Counted from the stretch's first letter, positions 28,081-38,376 are shown. The stretch is 64,000 nucleotides of DNA from Promethearchaeota archaeon (GCA_016839585.1 JAEOTZ010000021.1:1-64000), one strand, 5' to 3'. The notes: generated by a model not told the origin, from the sequence alone. A program made the numbers and translations.

Positions 28081-30330
28081 TTGGTCAGGAATTTAACCAT
28101 AAATGAATATGTAGATCTTGATCTACAAGGTATAAATAAAAAAGTAAAACAGTTTGAAAGAATTTTAATTAAAAATGAGATTCACATCGATAAAAGATTT
28201 AATAAATGGATTACAGACTTTAAAAAGATATATGGGAGTAGATACGCAAATTTACAGTTATACATTGTTTTATCTTTACTTTATTTATTAAGCCTTGAAT
28301 TTATTCATAATTATCTTCTAAAAAATGAAACTCCTTTATTTAAACAAAAAAATACTATAAAAAACTATAAAAGAATAATAGGACAAGTAGAAGCCCTTTA
28401 TAGAAATATTGAAATTTTTGAATTTGATTATTTTGAACCAATCTTATCATTCTCTGTAAGAGAAGATGCTAGTATTTTGTGGGAACTCATTGAAATATTG
28501 TCCAATCACGTGTTAAATTTAAAAATTGACCCTGAATACTTATTTGATTATCTGATACAAAAAATATTATCTCCTATTATAAGGCATAAAATTGGTGAAT
28601 ATTATACTCCTCCTTTTTTAGTTAAAAGAATGGTCCGAGAAGTTTATTCCTTTGGAGATACAGTCCTCGATCCTTGTTGTGGGTCTGGGAATTTTTTAGT
28701 TGAAATCCTAAGATATATAAATTCACAAGATAGGAGTAATGAAGAGAAAATAACCGCAATCAATCGAATATATGGGTATGACATCAATCCAATCTCAATC
28801 TATTTTTCAAAGATTAACTTTTTATATATTTTAAGAGAACAAGGTCCTTTAATTAAATTCCATTTATATATTCTTGATTTTTTATCCCAAGAAGGGAGTA
28901 AGTTGGATACAAAATTTGACTTAGTAATAGGAAATCCTCCATGGTATACATATAGAGACATAGAATCAATATATTATCAAAAACAAATTAAATCTTTGGC
29001 AGAAAATTTAGAAATAAAACCACTTCCTAAAAATGTTTTAAATTTAGAAGTCTCTACTCTCTTTTTTTATAAGGCAAATAAGGTTTTTATGAAAAAAAAT
29101 GCAAAAATTTTTTTTGTAATTACTAAAGGAGTAATCACAGGTTCCCATGCTTCTCAATTTCGTAATTTCAAAGGTTTTTATAATTTAAAGATTTGGACTT
29201 TTGATAAAAAGATTGAAAAGGTTTTTAACATTGATTTTATTTGTTTGTTTGCTCAAAAATCTGAAATTGAATTTGAATATTATGATAAAGAGATTCCTTC
29301 TTTACATTTTAAGATTAATGATAAAGCCAATGATATAAATTATTTTTCTAATATAGAATTAAAACAGGAAAAAATTAATTATTTGATACCCTATTGCGTT
29401 GAAATAAAAGGTGAAAAAAGATATACAAAAAAATTTATTCTAAAAGAAAGATATGAAGAATTATTCTGTATTAGACCTAGCTATTATAAAAAACAATTTC
29501 ACAAGGGTGCTGATTTAAACCCAAGAAATTTAATATTCATTAAATATAAAAAAGTAGATGATAAATTAGTAAGAATTAATCCTGATGAGAGAATTTTTAA
29601 AAGAGCCAAATTCCCTTGGAATAAAAATGAATTTAAAGATGAACTTGTTGAAAAAGAATATCTTTTTAAAGTAATTAAAAGTACAGAATTGGTAAAATTT
29701 TTTGTATGTAATTATTATTATGTTTTTCTACCACTCTCAAAAAAAGATTTTAGTTTTAATTATTCAAGTTTATCTAAAAATGCTAAATGCTTTTATGATA
29801 AAATTAATGAAATTTATTTGAATTATAAGAAGGAAACTACAAAAAACAATTCTTTAATGGATAACTTAAATAGATGGTCAAAATTGATTAATAATAGACA
29901 ACTCTCAGAGATTAAAGTGATCTACAACAATTCAGGTTCAGTATTGAAGTCTGCAGTTGTACAAGGGAATTTCATAATAACAGGAGATTTGAGTTTTTAT
30001 GCTACTCAAAATCTTGATGAGGCATATTATTTATCAACCATATTAAATTCTACGATAATGACAAATCAAGTTCAAATAATGAAAAGTTCAAGACATATCT
30101 TTAAAATTCCATTTGATATCCCTATTAAAACATTCAATCCAAATAACCAGAATCATCAAAAGTTAGTTAAATTAGGAAAAAGAGGAGAAGATATTGCAAA
30201 AAATACAGTCGATAAATTCCTCAAAAATAATAATTTTTCCAAAATAAAAATTCAAAATGTATTGTATGCAGAGTTAGGTAATATTTTAACTCAAATTGAT
30301 GAAATTTTAAAGAATGAATTTGAAGAATAA
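28081..30330 (+). CDS. N6-adenine DNA methyltransferase (gamma class, Eco57I/type IIG-like MTase + target-recognition region)
   Basis: 'GEYYTP', motif I 'VLDPCCGSGNF', 'IYGYDINP', motif IV 'FDLVIGNPPW'; C-terminal 'EAYYLSTILNS' TRD-like segment. Confidence 0.9.
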   Translation: MVRNLTINEYVDLDLQGINKKVKQFERILIKNEIHIDKRFNKWITDFKKIYGSRYANLQLYIVLSLLYLLSLEFIHNYLLKNETPLFKQKNTIKNYKRIIGQVEALYRNIEIFEFDYFEPILSFSVREDASILWELIEILSNHVLNLKIDPEYLFDYLIQKILSPIIRHKIGEYYTPPFLVKRMVREVYSFGDTVLDPCCGSGNFLVEILRYINSQDRSNEEKITAINRIYGYDINPISIYFSKINFLYILREQGPLIKFHLYILDFLSQEGSKLDTKFDLVIGNPPWYTYRDIESIYYQKQIKSLAENLEIKPLPKNVLNLEVSTLFFYKANKVFMKKNAKIFFVITKGVITGSHASQFRNFKGFYNLKIWTFDKKIEKVFNIDFICLFAQKSEIEFEYYDKEIPSLHFKINDKANDINYFSNIELKQEKINYLIPYCVEIKGEKRYTKKFILKERYEELFCIRPSYYKKQFHKGADLNPRNLIFIKYKKVDDKLVRINPDERIFKRAKFPWNKNEFKDELVEKEYLFKVIKSTELVKFFVCNYYYVFLPLSKKDFSFNYSSLSKNAKCFYDKINEIYLNYKKETTKNNSLMDNLNRWSKLINNRQLSEIKVIYNNSGSVLKSAVVQGNFIITGDLSFYATQNLDEAYYLSTILNSTIMTNQVQIMKSSRHIFKIPFDIPIKTFNPNNQNHQKLVKLGKRGEDIAKNTVDKFLKNNNFSKIKIQNVLYAELGNILTQIDEILKNEFEE

Positions 30331-30423
30331 GAATTTTTTAAGATTAAAATAAATAGGTGTATTTATTTCTATCACTTAATTATACCACAGTATAAAATTA
30401 TATGATTTCTTTGGTAAATTCTA

Positions 30424-30942
30424 ATGCGGTCATTTGTTTTTAAGGTCTTAATCGCGGGGAATGGCGGAGTGGGTAAAACTTCATTGCTACGTAGATATGT
30501 AGATGGATTCTTTGATGATTCTACTATTGAAACGGTAGGTGTGGATTTCTTCATTAAAGAAATCGAATTTAACAATACTTATTGCATGTTGCAATTGTGG
30601 GATTTAGGGGGTCAAGAAAGATTTAGACATTTAATAGAAAATTATGTAATGGGTGCTAGGGGAGCCCTCCTTTTATTTGATATGACAAGGATGCCAAAAA
30701 TCGAAAGTATTTTACAATGGGTGAATATTATAAGAATACATGATTTGAATTTACCTATAATACTTGTTGGAACTAAACTTGACCTCGAGGATGCTATTGC
30801 TGTCGATGATGAAAGTGCAAATCATATAAAAAATGCCTTTAATATGATTAAATATGTTAAAACCTCTGCTAAAAATGGTGATGGTGTTAAAGAACCATTT
30901 GAAATATTAGCAAAAACCATAAAGAAAGGAATTAAATACTGA
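30424..30942 (+). CDS. Ras-superfamily small GTPase, Rab-like
   Basis: G1 GNGGVGKT, G2 TVGVDF, G3 WDLGGQERF, G4 TKLD, G5 TSAK; no C-terminal Cys prenylation motif. Confidence 0.95.
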   Translation: MRSFVFKVLIAGNGGVGKTSLLRRYVDGFFDDSTIETVGVDFFIKEIEFNNTYCMLQLWDLGGQERFRHLIENYVMGARGALLLFDMTRMPKIESILQWVNIIRIHDLNLPIILVGTKLDLEDAIAVDDESANHIKNAFNMIKYVKTSAKNGDGVKEPFEILAKTIKKGIKY

Positions 30943-31092
30943 AATTTTTACTCATACATGTTCCATGCTTAAAATACTTATCTCAACTAAATGTTGTTGA
31001 AATAAAAATTCCTTTTATCGAATTATAGAGAAAAAATTATTTGTTTTGTATTATTTAATTTAATAATTATATAGATAGTAAACTTCGACAAG

Positions 31093-31902
31093 ATGCAACA
31101 AGATCAACTTATAATTTTAGGGTCTGGTGGCGGGAGGCATCATATAAGAACTCAACATCGAGCAACTGGAGGCATTCTTTATAAATTTAATGGGATCCAA
31201 TCTCATATAGACCCTGGACCAGGAGCAATTGTGCGAATAAATCAATATAAAGAAGATCCCATTAAAACAGAATTATTTATCACGACTCATGCTCATGTCG
31301 ATCATTTTAATGATTTAAGCGCTTTAATTGAGAGTTCTAGGGAAATATTGCATAATAAAAATTATAATTATTTCAAAAAAGGGACCTTAATTACTACAAA
31401 TGAAGTGCTTAAGTTAATGTCTAATTATCACCTAAACATGCTTGAAAAGATAATCTCTTTTAAAGCTGGAAGCAAATATAATTACAAAGATATTGAAATT
31501 ATAGGGACTAAAGTCGTTCATTCCCTCAATAACGAAGGATTTGGTGTAATTTTTAAACTAAAAAATTATTCATTAGCATTTGCAAGTGATACTATGGTAT
31601 ATGACAGTTTTTCTGAACAATATTCGGGAGTAAATATTCTAATTCTTAACTTATTAAGACCAAATTCCGTTACTTGTAAGAGGCACTTATGTACTGATGA
31701 AGTAATCCCATATTTAAATAAAATTGTCCCTCCTCTTAATGGATTAGTTATAACTCATTTTGGTTCTTATATGGATGGACCAAGATCTCCTAAAAATTTT
31801 GTGCCAAGTCAAGTCAAAAAGCTAAAAGAGAAAACTACCATTAAAAATATTATCGCTGCTGAGGATGGATTAAAAATCAAAATTGCTTCTTTATTAGAAT
31901 AA
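31093..31902 (+). CDS. Metallo-beta-lactamase fold hydrolase
   Basis: 'ILGSGGG', 'IDPGPG', 'THAHVDHFND', 'ASDT', 'ITHFG'. Confidence 0.9.
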   Translation: MQQDQLIILGSGGGRHHIRTQHRATGGILYKFNGIQSHIDPGPGAIVRINQYKEDPIKTELFITTHAHVDHFNDLSALIESSREILHNKNYNYFKKGTLITTNEVLKLMSNYHLNMLEKIISFKAGSKYNYKDIEIIGTKVVHSLNNEGFGVIFKLKNYSLAFASDTMVYDSFSEQYSGVNILILNLLRPNSVTCKRHLCTDEVIPYLNKIVPPLNGLVITHFGSYMDGPRSPKNFVPSQVKKLKEKTTIKNIIAAEDGLKIKIASLLE

Positions 31903-32023
31903 AATTAACTCCTCCTTCTTTAGGTAAAAATACTAATTCTAAATTTAGTATGTTCTCGATATTGAAACATAAATAATTTATAATCGCATTATTTTTATAA
32001 GAGGATATACCTATATATTCTAG

Positions 32024-32145
32024 GAAGGGAAATAAAAAACAAGATAATTTGAGCTAACATTGGATTTCGCCCTCTATTAAACTCTTTGATGAGTTTAATT
32101 CTCTCCCTGATTTTTTTCTAATTGCTCGAATTTCTTCTTCCCTTC
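32024..32145. other. Nested inverted-repeat element; candidate structured RNA or regulatory element
   Basis: GAAGGGA (32024-30) / TCCCTTC (32139-45); AAGAtAATTTGAGC / GCTCGAATTTCTT; inner perfect 9-bp ATTAAACTC-tttgat-GAGTTTAAT (32076-32099). I found no sizeable ORF here. Confidence 0.35.
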
Positions 32146-32263
32146 ACTTCTTTATATTTTTATTAAAAATAAGATAGAAATAAATTTAACAGTGAATTTT
32201 TATAATTGGGTTATTTTTAAAAAGGATCAAATTAATTTATAAAAAGAGCAGAAAAATAAAGAT

Positions 32264-32422
32264 TTATTCTAAAGGAATCCAATACCTACATACAATACAT
32301 TGGAGTACCGTCTCAAATTTTTTCTCTTCAGAATTATTATTGGCAATTTTTCTTGTTATCATTACATTACCGCACTTTTTACAAATATAGAGTTCTTTTG
32401 CTCTTATTTTTTGTGCAGTCAT
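32264..32422 (-). CDS. 52-aa zinc-ribbon microprotein (below the ORF-track cutoff)
   Basis: Manual translation: MTAQKIRAKELYICKKCGNVMITRKIANNNSEEKKFETVLQCIVCRYWIPLE*, with CKKCG and CIVCRY knuckles. Confidence 0.75.
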   Translation of the reverse strand: MTAQKIRAKELYICKKCGNVMITRKIANNNSEEKKFETVLQCIVCRYWIPLE

Positions 32423-32656
32423 GCTCTATTTCACGAAAGTTACATTATTATATTAACATAAATTTTAATCTAAATATTATAAAGGAGAATATTTCTTAAT
32501 ACCAACCCTTTACTTATAATATAGTAAAAATCTATTTATTTAAATTTATTCAAATGGACTTCTAAGCAAAAATTTGTCGGAATTTAACATAAAGTTCAAT
32601 AAATTCAATAATTTAACGAGGTTTTAGGAAAGAAAAATAGCTTCAAAAATACCACA

Positions 32657-33568
32657 TTATCTAATTTCTTTATTCTCTTCGGTTTTTAGAACTGTTATAA
32701 GGATTGCTACAAAAATTAAACCACATCCAAGCCAACCTAAAATAGTCATTGTTTCATTTCCAATTATAAATGAAGCAAAGAGAACAGCAAAAACAGGTTC
32801 AAGAGTAAAAATTATAGCTGTTTGAGCAGGGCCTTGATGTTGTTGCCCCCAATTTTGAAAAATGAAAGTTCCCGTAGTAACAACTATACCCATATAAATA
32901 ATTACCAACCAATAGCCTAAATCAATTGATGAGAAGCTATATGATTCATTTATTAAAAAAGAACTTACAAAACAGAATAAACTAATAATCAATAATTGAA
33001 CAATAGAATATAAGTATACATCTACAAGATTTACAAATTTATCATTCAAAATTATAAATATTGCATATAAAAAAGCACATACTAACACTAAAATGTCACC
33101 AATAATTATACCTGCCTCACCTTCCAATAAAAGAAATGCCATACCAATTATGGATACAAAAACTGCAATCCATATCCTTTTATTTAGTGATCGATTGAAT
33201 CCAAGCCATGCTATAAATGGAACCATTATTGTACTCAACCCTGTAATAAATGCTGCTTTTCCCGCTGTTGTTGTTTGGAGTCCTATTGTTTGAAATACAA
33301 TTGCAACAAAATAAATTAATCCAGTTATACTGCCCCATAATAAAATCCTTTTATTGACTTGGTTTATTTTGATAAAATATGGGAATAAGCCAATTATAGC
33401 AATTGAAAATCTTAAGCCCAAATAAAGAAAAATAGGAACTTCTTGGGTAAGCATCTTAGTTATTATAAAAGAAGTACCCCATAGCAGTGTAGTTAGGATT
33501 AATAATATTGTTGCAATTATCTTAAGTCTATTTGAAGTGAAAGAGTTATCTCGAATGACCATATCCAT
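32657..33568 (-). CDS. DMT/EamA family transporter
   Basis: 'LWGTSFIITK', 'QTIGLQTTTAGKAAFITGL', 'IGDILVL', 'AIIFTLEPVFA'. Confidence 0.92.
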   Translation of the reverse strand: MDMVIRDNSFTSNRLKIIATILLILTTLLWGTSFIITKMLTQEVPIFLYLGLRFSIAIIGLFPYFIKINQVNKRILLWGSITGLIYFVAIVFQTIGLQTTTAGKAAFITGLSTIMVPFIAWLGFNRSLNKRIWIAVFVSIIGMAFLLLEGEAGIIIGDILVLVCAFLYAIFIILNDKFVNLVDVYLYSIVQLLIISLFCFVSSFLINESYSFSSIDLGYWLVIIYMGIVVTTGTFIFQNWGQQHQGPAQTAIIFTLEPVFAVLFASFIIGNETMTILGWLGCGLIFVAILITVLKTEENKEIR

Positions 33569-33846
33569 CTGTTAGATAATTTATTAATTACAGAAATATG
33601 TAAAAGATAAAAACTATTCTTATTTTATTATGAAGATCTAATAACTATAAAAACTTACACAATAGAAGTATTTGGGACCAATTCTTAAAGAATTTTAAAT
33701 CCTTATTTTCATCTCTTATATACTAATCCGATAAGCTTGTAAAATTAAAAAGATCACAAATTTATAAATAAAGGATAATGATCTATTTCTTCATCAATTA
33801 TAAACTTTAAAATTTTTTACTTGAAACAAAAGGGAGTTTTGTAAAG

Positions 33847-34299
33847 TTGGTAAATATAAAAGAAAATTTATGGATATTTGTGTTATTAGCAGGTATTTTA
33901 GGGATAGTTTCAATCTTCACACCAACAATCTATATTAGTAGTGAGGATGCATACATTTGGGTATGGAATTTATATGTTTCCAATGATATTGTCGATTTTG
34001 TTCAGACGGATGAAGCACTATTTGACTTAGGAATTACTGCTACAATAATCATAGCAATTGGCACATTGGTAACTCTCTTCTCAGGGATTGTCTCGAAGGT
34101 TAAAGATAAACATTTAAGCTTATTTACTATAATTGGAGGAATATTATTATTAATTGGACCTATAATTTATTTGGCGGGTATTACAGCTGAAGAAGAAAAC
34201 CTTTGGGAGTATTTTACTGTTAATGTTGGTAGTATTCTACCATTTTTCGCAGGAAGCATAGCTATTTTAGCAGGAGTCATGGGTTTTTTACGTAAATAA
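33847..34299 (+). CDS. Four-TM membrane protein, paralog 1
   Basis: TM1 ends in 'SIFTP'; loop with 'IWVWNLY'; three further hydrophobic helices. Confidence 0.7.
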   Translation: MVNIKENLWIFVLLAGILGIVSIFTPTIYISSEDAYIWVWNLYVSNDIVDFVQTDEALFDLGITATIIIAIGTLVTLFSGIVSKVKDKHLSLFTIIGGILLLIGPIIYLAGITAEEENLWEYFTVNVGSILPFFAGSIAILAGVMGFLRK

Positions 34300-34719
34300 T
34301 CATAAAAGTAAGATAAATTTCATAATTTTTTTTTCCTTATTTTAACACTTATTGAAATATATAAGACTTTTAGAGATGATTATCTATTCTTTTATTTTCA
34401 ATTAAAATGAATTAAAAGAATAAGGGAAAAAATTCTACTATTAATGCTTTAATAATTAACTCCATTTGAAATGTTAATGAGCCTATTAACAGAATGAAGT
34501 ATAATTTACCAAAATATATCTCATTACGACCTAATTGCTTAGATGATTTCTAGATTTCAAATAGATGAATTAAAATAATCTTTTATAAAAAAAATTTTTC
34601 TTTAATTAAAAGATCTTCAAAATTAAAAAAATTTAAATATTTTGGGATTGAAATTATGATTAACACCAATGTATTTAAAAAAAATTATTATAAAAGTATT
34701 TAATGAGAGTTGAAAAAAT

Positions 34720-35181
34720 TTGGTAGATTGGAAAAAAGATACCTGGATGTATGTCTTAATTGCCGCTATATTAGCTCTTATTTCGATTTTCACCCCAGTA
34801 GCTAGTACTGATGATGCTCTAATCTGGTGGACTGGACAAATAAGCCAGTTTACAAAAGATATTATGTATGGACCGTATACTATCTTTGAGTCTGGTGAAT
34901 GGTTCGGATTTAATACAGCAACAATATGGACACTAGGGATTACTTGTATGAGTATCGCTATACTGTTATTTTATGGACTCCATGGTATGAAAGGTATGGA
35001 ATTCAAATGGGATTGGCTAGTTGTCTTATTAGTAGGAATTGCCTTAATCGTTATGCCAATTTTAATGTTTGTTTATGATTCTACTGCGGACACAACGGTT
35101 GGTTTTGCACCTATTGGAATACTTATCTCAGGAATAATATGTGTCGTAGTATTTATACTCGAAAAATTCATGGGCGATTAA
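34720..35181 (+). CDS. Four-TM membrane protein, paralog 2
   Basis: N-terminus 'MVDWKKDTWMYVLIAAILALISIFTP' aligns with 'MVNIKENLWIFVLLAGILGIVSIFTP' of the upstream gene; same topology. Confidence 0.7.
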   Translation: MVDWKKDTWMYVLIAAILALISIFTPVASTDDALIWWTGQISQFTKDIMYGPYTIFESGEWFGFNTATIWTLGITCMSIAILLFYGLHGMKGMEFKWDWLVVLLVGIALIVMPILMFVYDSTADTTVGFAPIGILISGIICVVVFILEKFMGD

Positions 35182-35441
35182 ACCAGAAAAGATATAAAAA
35201 CAATCTAAAAAATCATCACTTTTTTTTTTATTTTTGGACCTTGAGTTGTTAGCTTTTAAGAGATTTAAAAAAGTTCTTAATTTTCTTCTTAAATTCGTTT
35301 TTAGATTAAATGCGTTTTTATGCTATAAATGAATATTTTCAGTATAAAATATTTATAAGCAAGATATATTTTTTAAAATTATTTAAAACACACTAAAAAT
35401 ATCAAATAATACTATAAATTTAACGAATATTAGGTGAAAGT

Positions 35442-36920
35442 TTGATAAAGCCCTATACTGAAATTAATAAAAGAATTAAAAGTGGCGATGTAGTAGTAGT
35501 AAACGCTGAAGAAATGATAGAAATAGTAAAAAATAGAGGAATTAAGGTAGCAGCTGAAGAAATAGACGTGGTAACTACAGGTACTTTTGGTCCTATGTGT
35601 TCAAGTGGAGCATTTTTAAATTTTGGTCATTCTGATCCTCCAATAAAATTTGAACATCTCTGGTTAAATGATGTTCATGCCTATCACGGGAATGCAGCTG
35701 TTGATTGTTATATTGGGGTTACAAGAATGGCAGACATTAGACCATTTGAATATGGTGGAGGTCATGTTATTGAAGATTTAATTGCTGGAAAGTCTATAAG
35801 GTTAAGAGGGAATTCATATACAACAGACTGTTATCCATTAGCTAAAGTAGATACTGAATTTACAATTGATGATTTAAACCAAGCTATTTTATGTAATCCT
35901 AGGAATGCGTACCAAAGGTACGCATGTGCCGTGAACAGTACTGATCGAATTTTATATACTTATATGGGAAAGTTACTACCTAATTATGGGAATGCCCATT
36001 ATTCTGGATCTGGGTGTTTAAATCCGTTATGTAATGATCCTGATTATGAAACTATAGGATTTGGTACGAGGATCTTTCTTGGAGGCGGAGTAGGGTATGT
36101 GATTGGCGAAGGGACTCAGCATAATCCTATAAATAATTATGGATCTCTTTTTGTTAAAGGTGATTTAAAACAAATGATTTCGGAGTATTTAAAAGGAGTA
36201 AATTATGAAAAATATGGAACCTCTATGTTTGTAGGGTTAGGAATTCCAATTCCAATTTTAAATGAGAATTTAGCAAGAAAAACAGCTTCAAAAGATGAAG
36301 AAATTTTCACAGATGTAGTTGATTATGGGGTTCCTAGGAGGGATAGACCCATATTAAAAAAAGTTTCATATAAGGAATTAAAAAGTGGTTATATTGAATT
36401 ATATGATAATAAAATTAAATGTTCTTCATTATCCTCTTTATTTTATGCTAGAAAAATTGCAAATGAGTTGAAGAAATGGATTGAAGATGGTATTTTTTTC
36501 TTAAATCCTCCAGCAGAACCATTACCAAAAGAAACTGAATATAAACCAATGAAACAAACATCTGAATTAAAATTCGTAAAGGATTTAAAAAGAACTGCAG
36601 TCATATGTTATGAAGATTGTGATATTAAAACAGTAGCAGAAAAGATTATAACCCAAAATATGAATCATATTGTCATTACAGATAGAGAAAACCATTTGAA
36701 AGGCATTGTTACTAGTTTTGATGTTACAAAAGCTATTGCTGAAGAAAAAACCAATCTAAAAGAGATTATAACAACGAGAGTTATAATTACGACCGATAAT
36801 GAACCAATTGAAGTTGCAGGAAGAAAAATGAAACTGAATGATATTTCTGCTTTACCTGTTATTGATGAGAATAATAAAGTTATAGGAATAATTACTAGTG
36901 AGGAGTTGATGCAAAATTGA
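35442..36920 (+). CDS. L-aspartate semialdehyde sulfurtransferase (homocysteine biosynthesis; DUF39 + CBS pair, MA1821-like)
   Basis: 'EINKRIKSGDVVVVNAEE', 'DVVTTGTFGPMCSSGA', 'YGGGHVIEDL', 'NPRNAYQ', 'TIGFGTRIFLGG'; C-terminal CBS pair; GGTGA RBS before the TTG start. Confidence 0.9.
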   Translation: MIKPYTEINKRIKSGDVVVVNAEEMIEIVKNRGIKVAAEEIDVVTTGTFGPMCSSGAFLNFGHSDPPIKFEHLWLNDVHAYHGNAAVDCYIGVTRMADIRPFEYGGGHVIEDLIAGKSIRLRGNSYTTDCYPLAKVDTEFTIDDLNQAILCNPRNAYQRYACAVNSTDRILYTYMGKLLPNYGNAHYSGSGCLNPLCNDPDYETIGFGTRIFLGGGVGYVIGEGTQHNPINNYGSLFVKGDLKQMISEYLKGVNYEKYGTSMFVGLGIPIPILNENLARKTASKDEEIFTDVVDYGVPRRDRPILKKVSYKELKSGYIELYDNKIKCSSLSSLFYARKIANELKKWIEDGIFFLNPPAEPLPKETEYKPMKQTSELKFVKDLKRTAVICYEDCDIKTVAEKIITQNMNHIVITDRENHLKGIVTSFDVTKAIAEEKTNLKEIITTRVIITTDNEPIEVAGRKMKLNDISALPVIDENNKVIGIITSEELMQN

Positions 36921-37312
36921 CAATAATAAATGTTACACTTCCTTTTGGAGTAATTAAAGATATTAGTGATTATTCAAGATTTATAAATAAAATTTTGAAA
37001 TATGATATTTCTTTTAATATTCTGAAGTTTTCAACTGGATCAAGTGGAATTAATCTTTTATTAGATATTCCTGAAGGTAAAATAAAGACTATTACTGAAT
37101 CATTAAAAAAGAATAATATAATCGTTAACAAGAAAGGGAGAGTTATAATCGATGATGATAAATGTATTGATTGCGGTGCTTGTATCTCCTTGTGTCCGAC
37201 AGACGCCTTACATTTCAATAGTGAAGATAGATTAGAATTTTCTTATGAAAAATGCATTGGTTGTTTATTATGTTTAGATTCATGTCCGAGGTATGCAATT
37301 GAAGAAATGTAA
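36917..37312 (+). CDS. NIL-domain + 2x[4Fe-4S] ferredoxin (MA1822-like partner)
   Basis: 'FNIL' motif, 'CIDCGACISLCP' and 'CIGCLLCLDSCP'; overlaps the upstream stop by 4 nt. Confidence 0.9.
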   Translation: MTIINVTLPFGVIKDISDYSRFINKILKYDISFNILKFSTGSSGINLLLDIPEGKIKTITESLKKNNIIVNKKGRVIIDDDKCIDCGACISLCPTDALHFNSEDRLEFSYEKCIGCLLCLDSCPRYAIEEM

Positions 37313-37347
37313 AGAGATATACTTAAAATTTTTATAGGGTTTAAATA

Positions 37348-38361
37348 TTATTGTTGAGTTATAATTTCAAAAATCTCATCTAATCTAGGTGATTTTCTTC
37401 TTAAAGTAATACAGCGGTCTTCTTCACACCCTCTCAATATCGCGATTAATTCATTAAGATGAATTGTAGGAATATCTAATCTTTCTCCGTACCATTTCTT
37501 CATTTTTTCTCTATACTCTGGTTTACTTAAAGTGTATAAACATGTGGGGCAGGGCATTAACATAAAATCAGCATTAACACTCTCTGCACTTTTTAATTTC
37601 TTAAGGGTTACCTTTAAAGCTTCTTTAGGATGTATTACTAATTGACTAGCACCCCAACCACAACAACATTCTTTTTCTTGATAATCTACAGGATTTCCAC
37701 CAAAAAGAGTAACAAGTTCATCTAATTTCGTTTTATCTTTTAAGTAAGTTTCAGCAGTTCTTTTATCTCGGCTTAAATTTAAATAGTGACATCCATAATG
37801 AACAGCAACTTTAAGATTTTTTAAATCAAACTTTAATGAATTAAGAACTTCATTTCTAATTAAATATAAAAAATCCAAATCGTGAACTAGTCTTAGGTTT
37901 AGATTTTCTAAAATCTCATACTTACCCGGATAATTTTCAGTGTTATCTTTTTCTTTTAACTGATTTAAAATTTCTTGTGTTTTTTTTCTTACTTCATGAT
38001 TATTTAAAAATTCTCGCCCTCTTAAGAGACTATTGTAGCATCCATTACAACTAAATAAAACTAAATCTGCTAATTGGTTCATTTCATTTAGATTTCTTTC
38101 ATTTATTGCGGCAAATTGAGCTCTTGTTATTAGATTTCGTTGAAAGAAAGTTCCACTACAACAAGATTGATTAATACAAGTCTCTACTTTTAATTGAAGT
38201 TCTTCTAATAAATCTTGGATTCCCCATCTTACACCAGGAAAATATTTTTCTAGACAAGCTTTAAATAAGCATAATTTCTTATCTTTGAAAAATTCTATAG
38301 CATTATCAGGGAACTTTTTTTCTATTTCATCTAAATTTAAAGCTAAATTGCTAAATTCCAT
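37348..38361 (-). CDS. hdrB: Heterodisulfide reductase subunit B-like (two CCG domains)
   Basis: 'QSCCSG', 'CNGCYNSL', 'KVAVHYGCH', 'CCGWG', 'CPTC', 'IPTIHLNEL'. Confidence 0.85.
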   Translation of the reverse strand: MEFSNLALNLDEIEKKFPDNAIEFFKDKKLCLFKACLEKYFPGVRWGIQDLLEELQLKVETCINQSCCSGTFFQRNLITRAQFAAINERNLNEMNQLADLVLFSCNGCYNSLLRGREFLNNHEVRKKTQEILNQLKEKDNTENYPGKYEILENLNLRLVHDLDFLYLIRNEVLNSLKFDLKNLKVAVHYGCHYLNLSRDKRTAETYLKDKTKLDELVTLFGGNPVDYQEKECCCGWGASQLVIHPKEALKVTLKKLKSAESVNADFMLMPCPTCLYTLSKPEYREKMKKWYGERLDIPTIHLNELIAILRGCEEDRCITLRRKSPRLDEIFEIITQQ

Positions 38362-38376
38362 CTTAATTATCCTATA

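Noticed and set aside
32024-32145. The structured element as a tRNA, SECIS or CRISPR repeat
   Set aside because: No cloverleaf or T-loop, no AUGA/GA core with an upstream UGA-containing gene, and no repeat-spacer periodicity.
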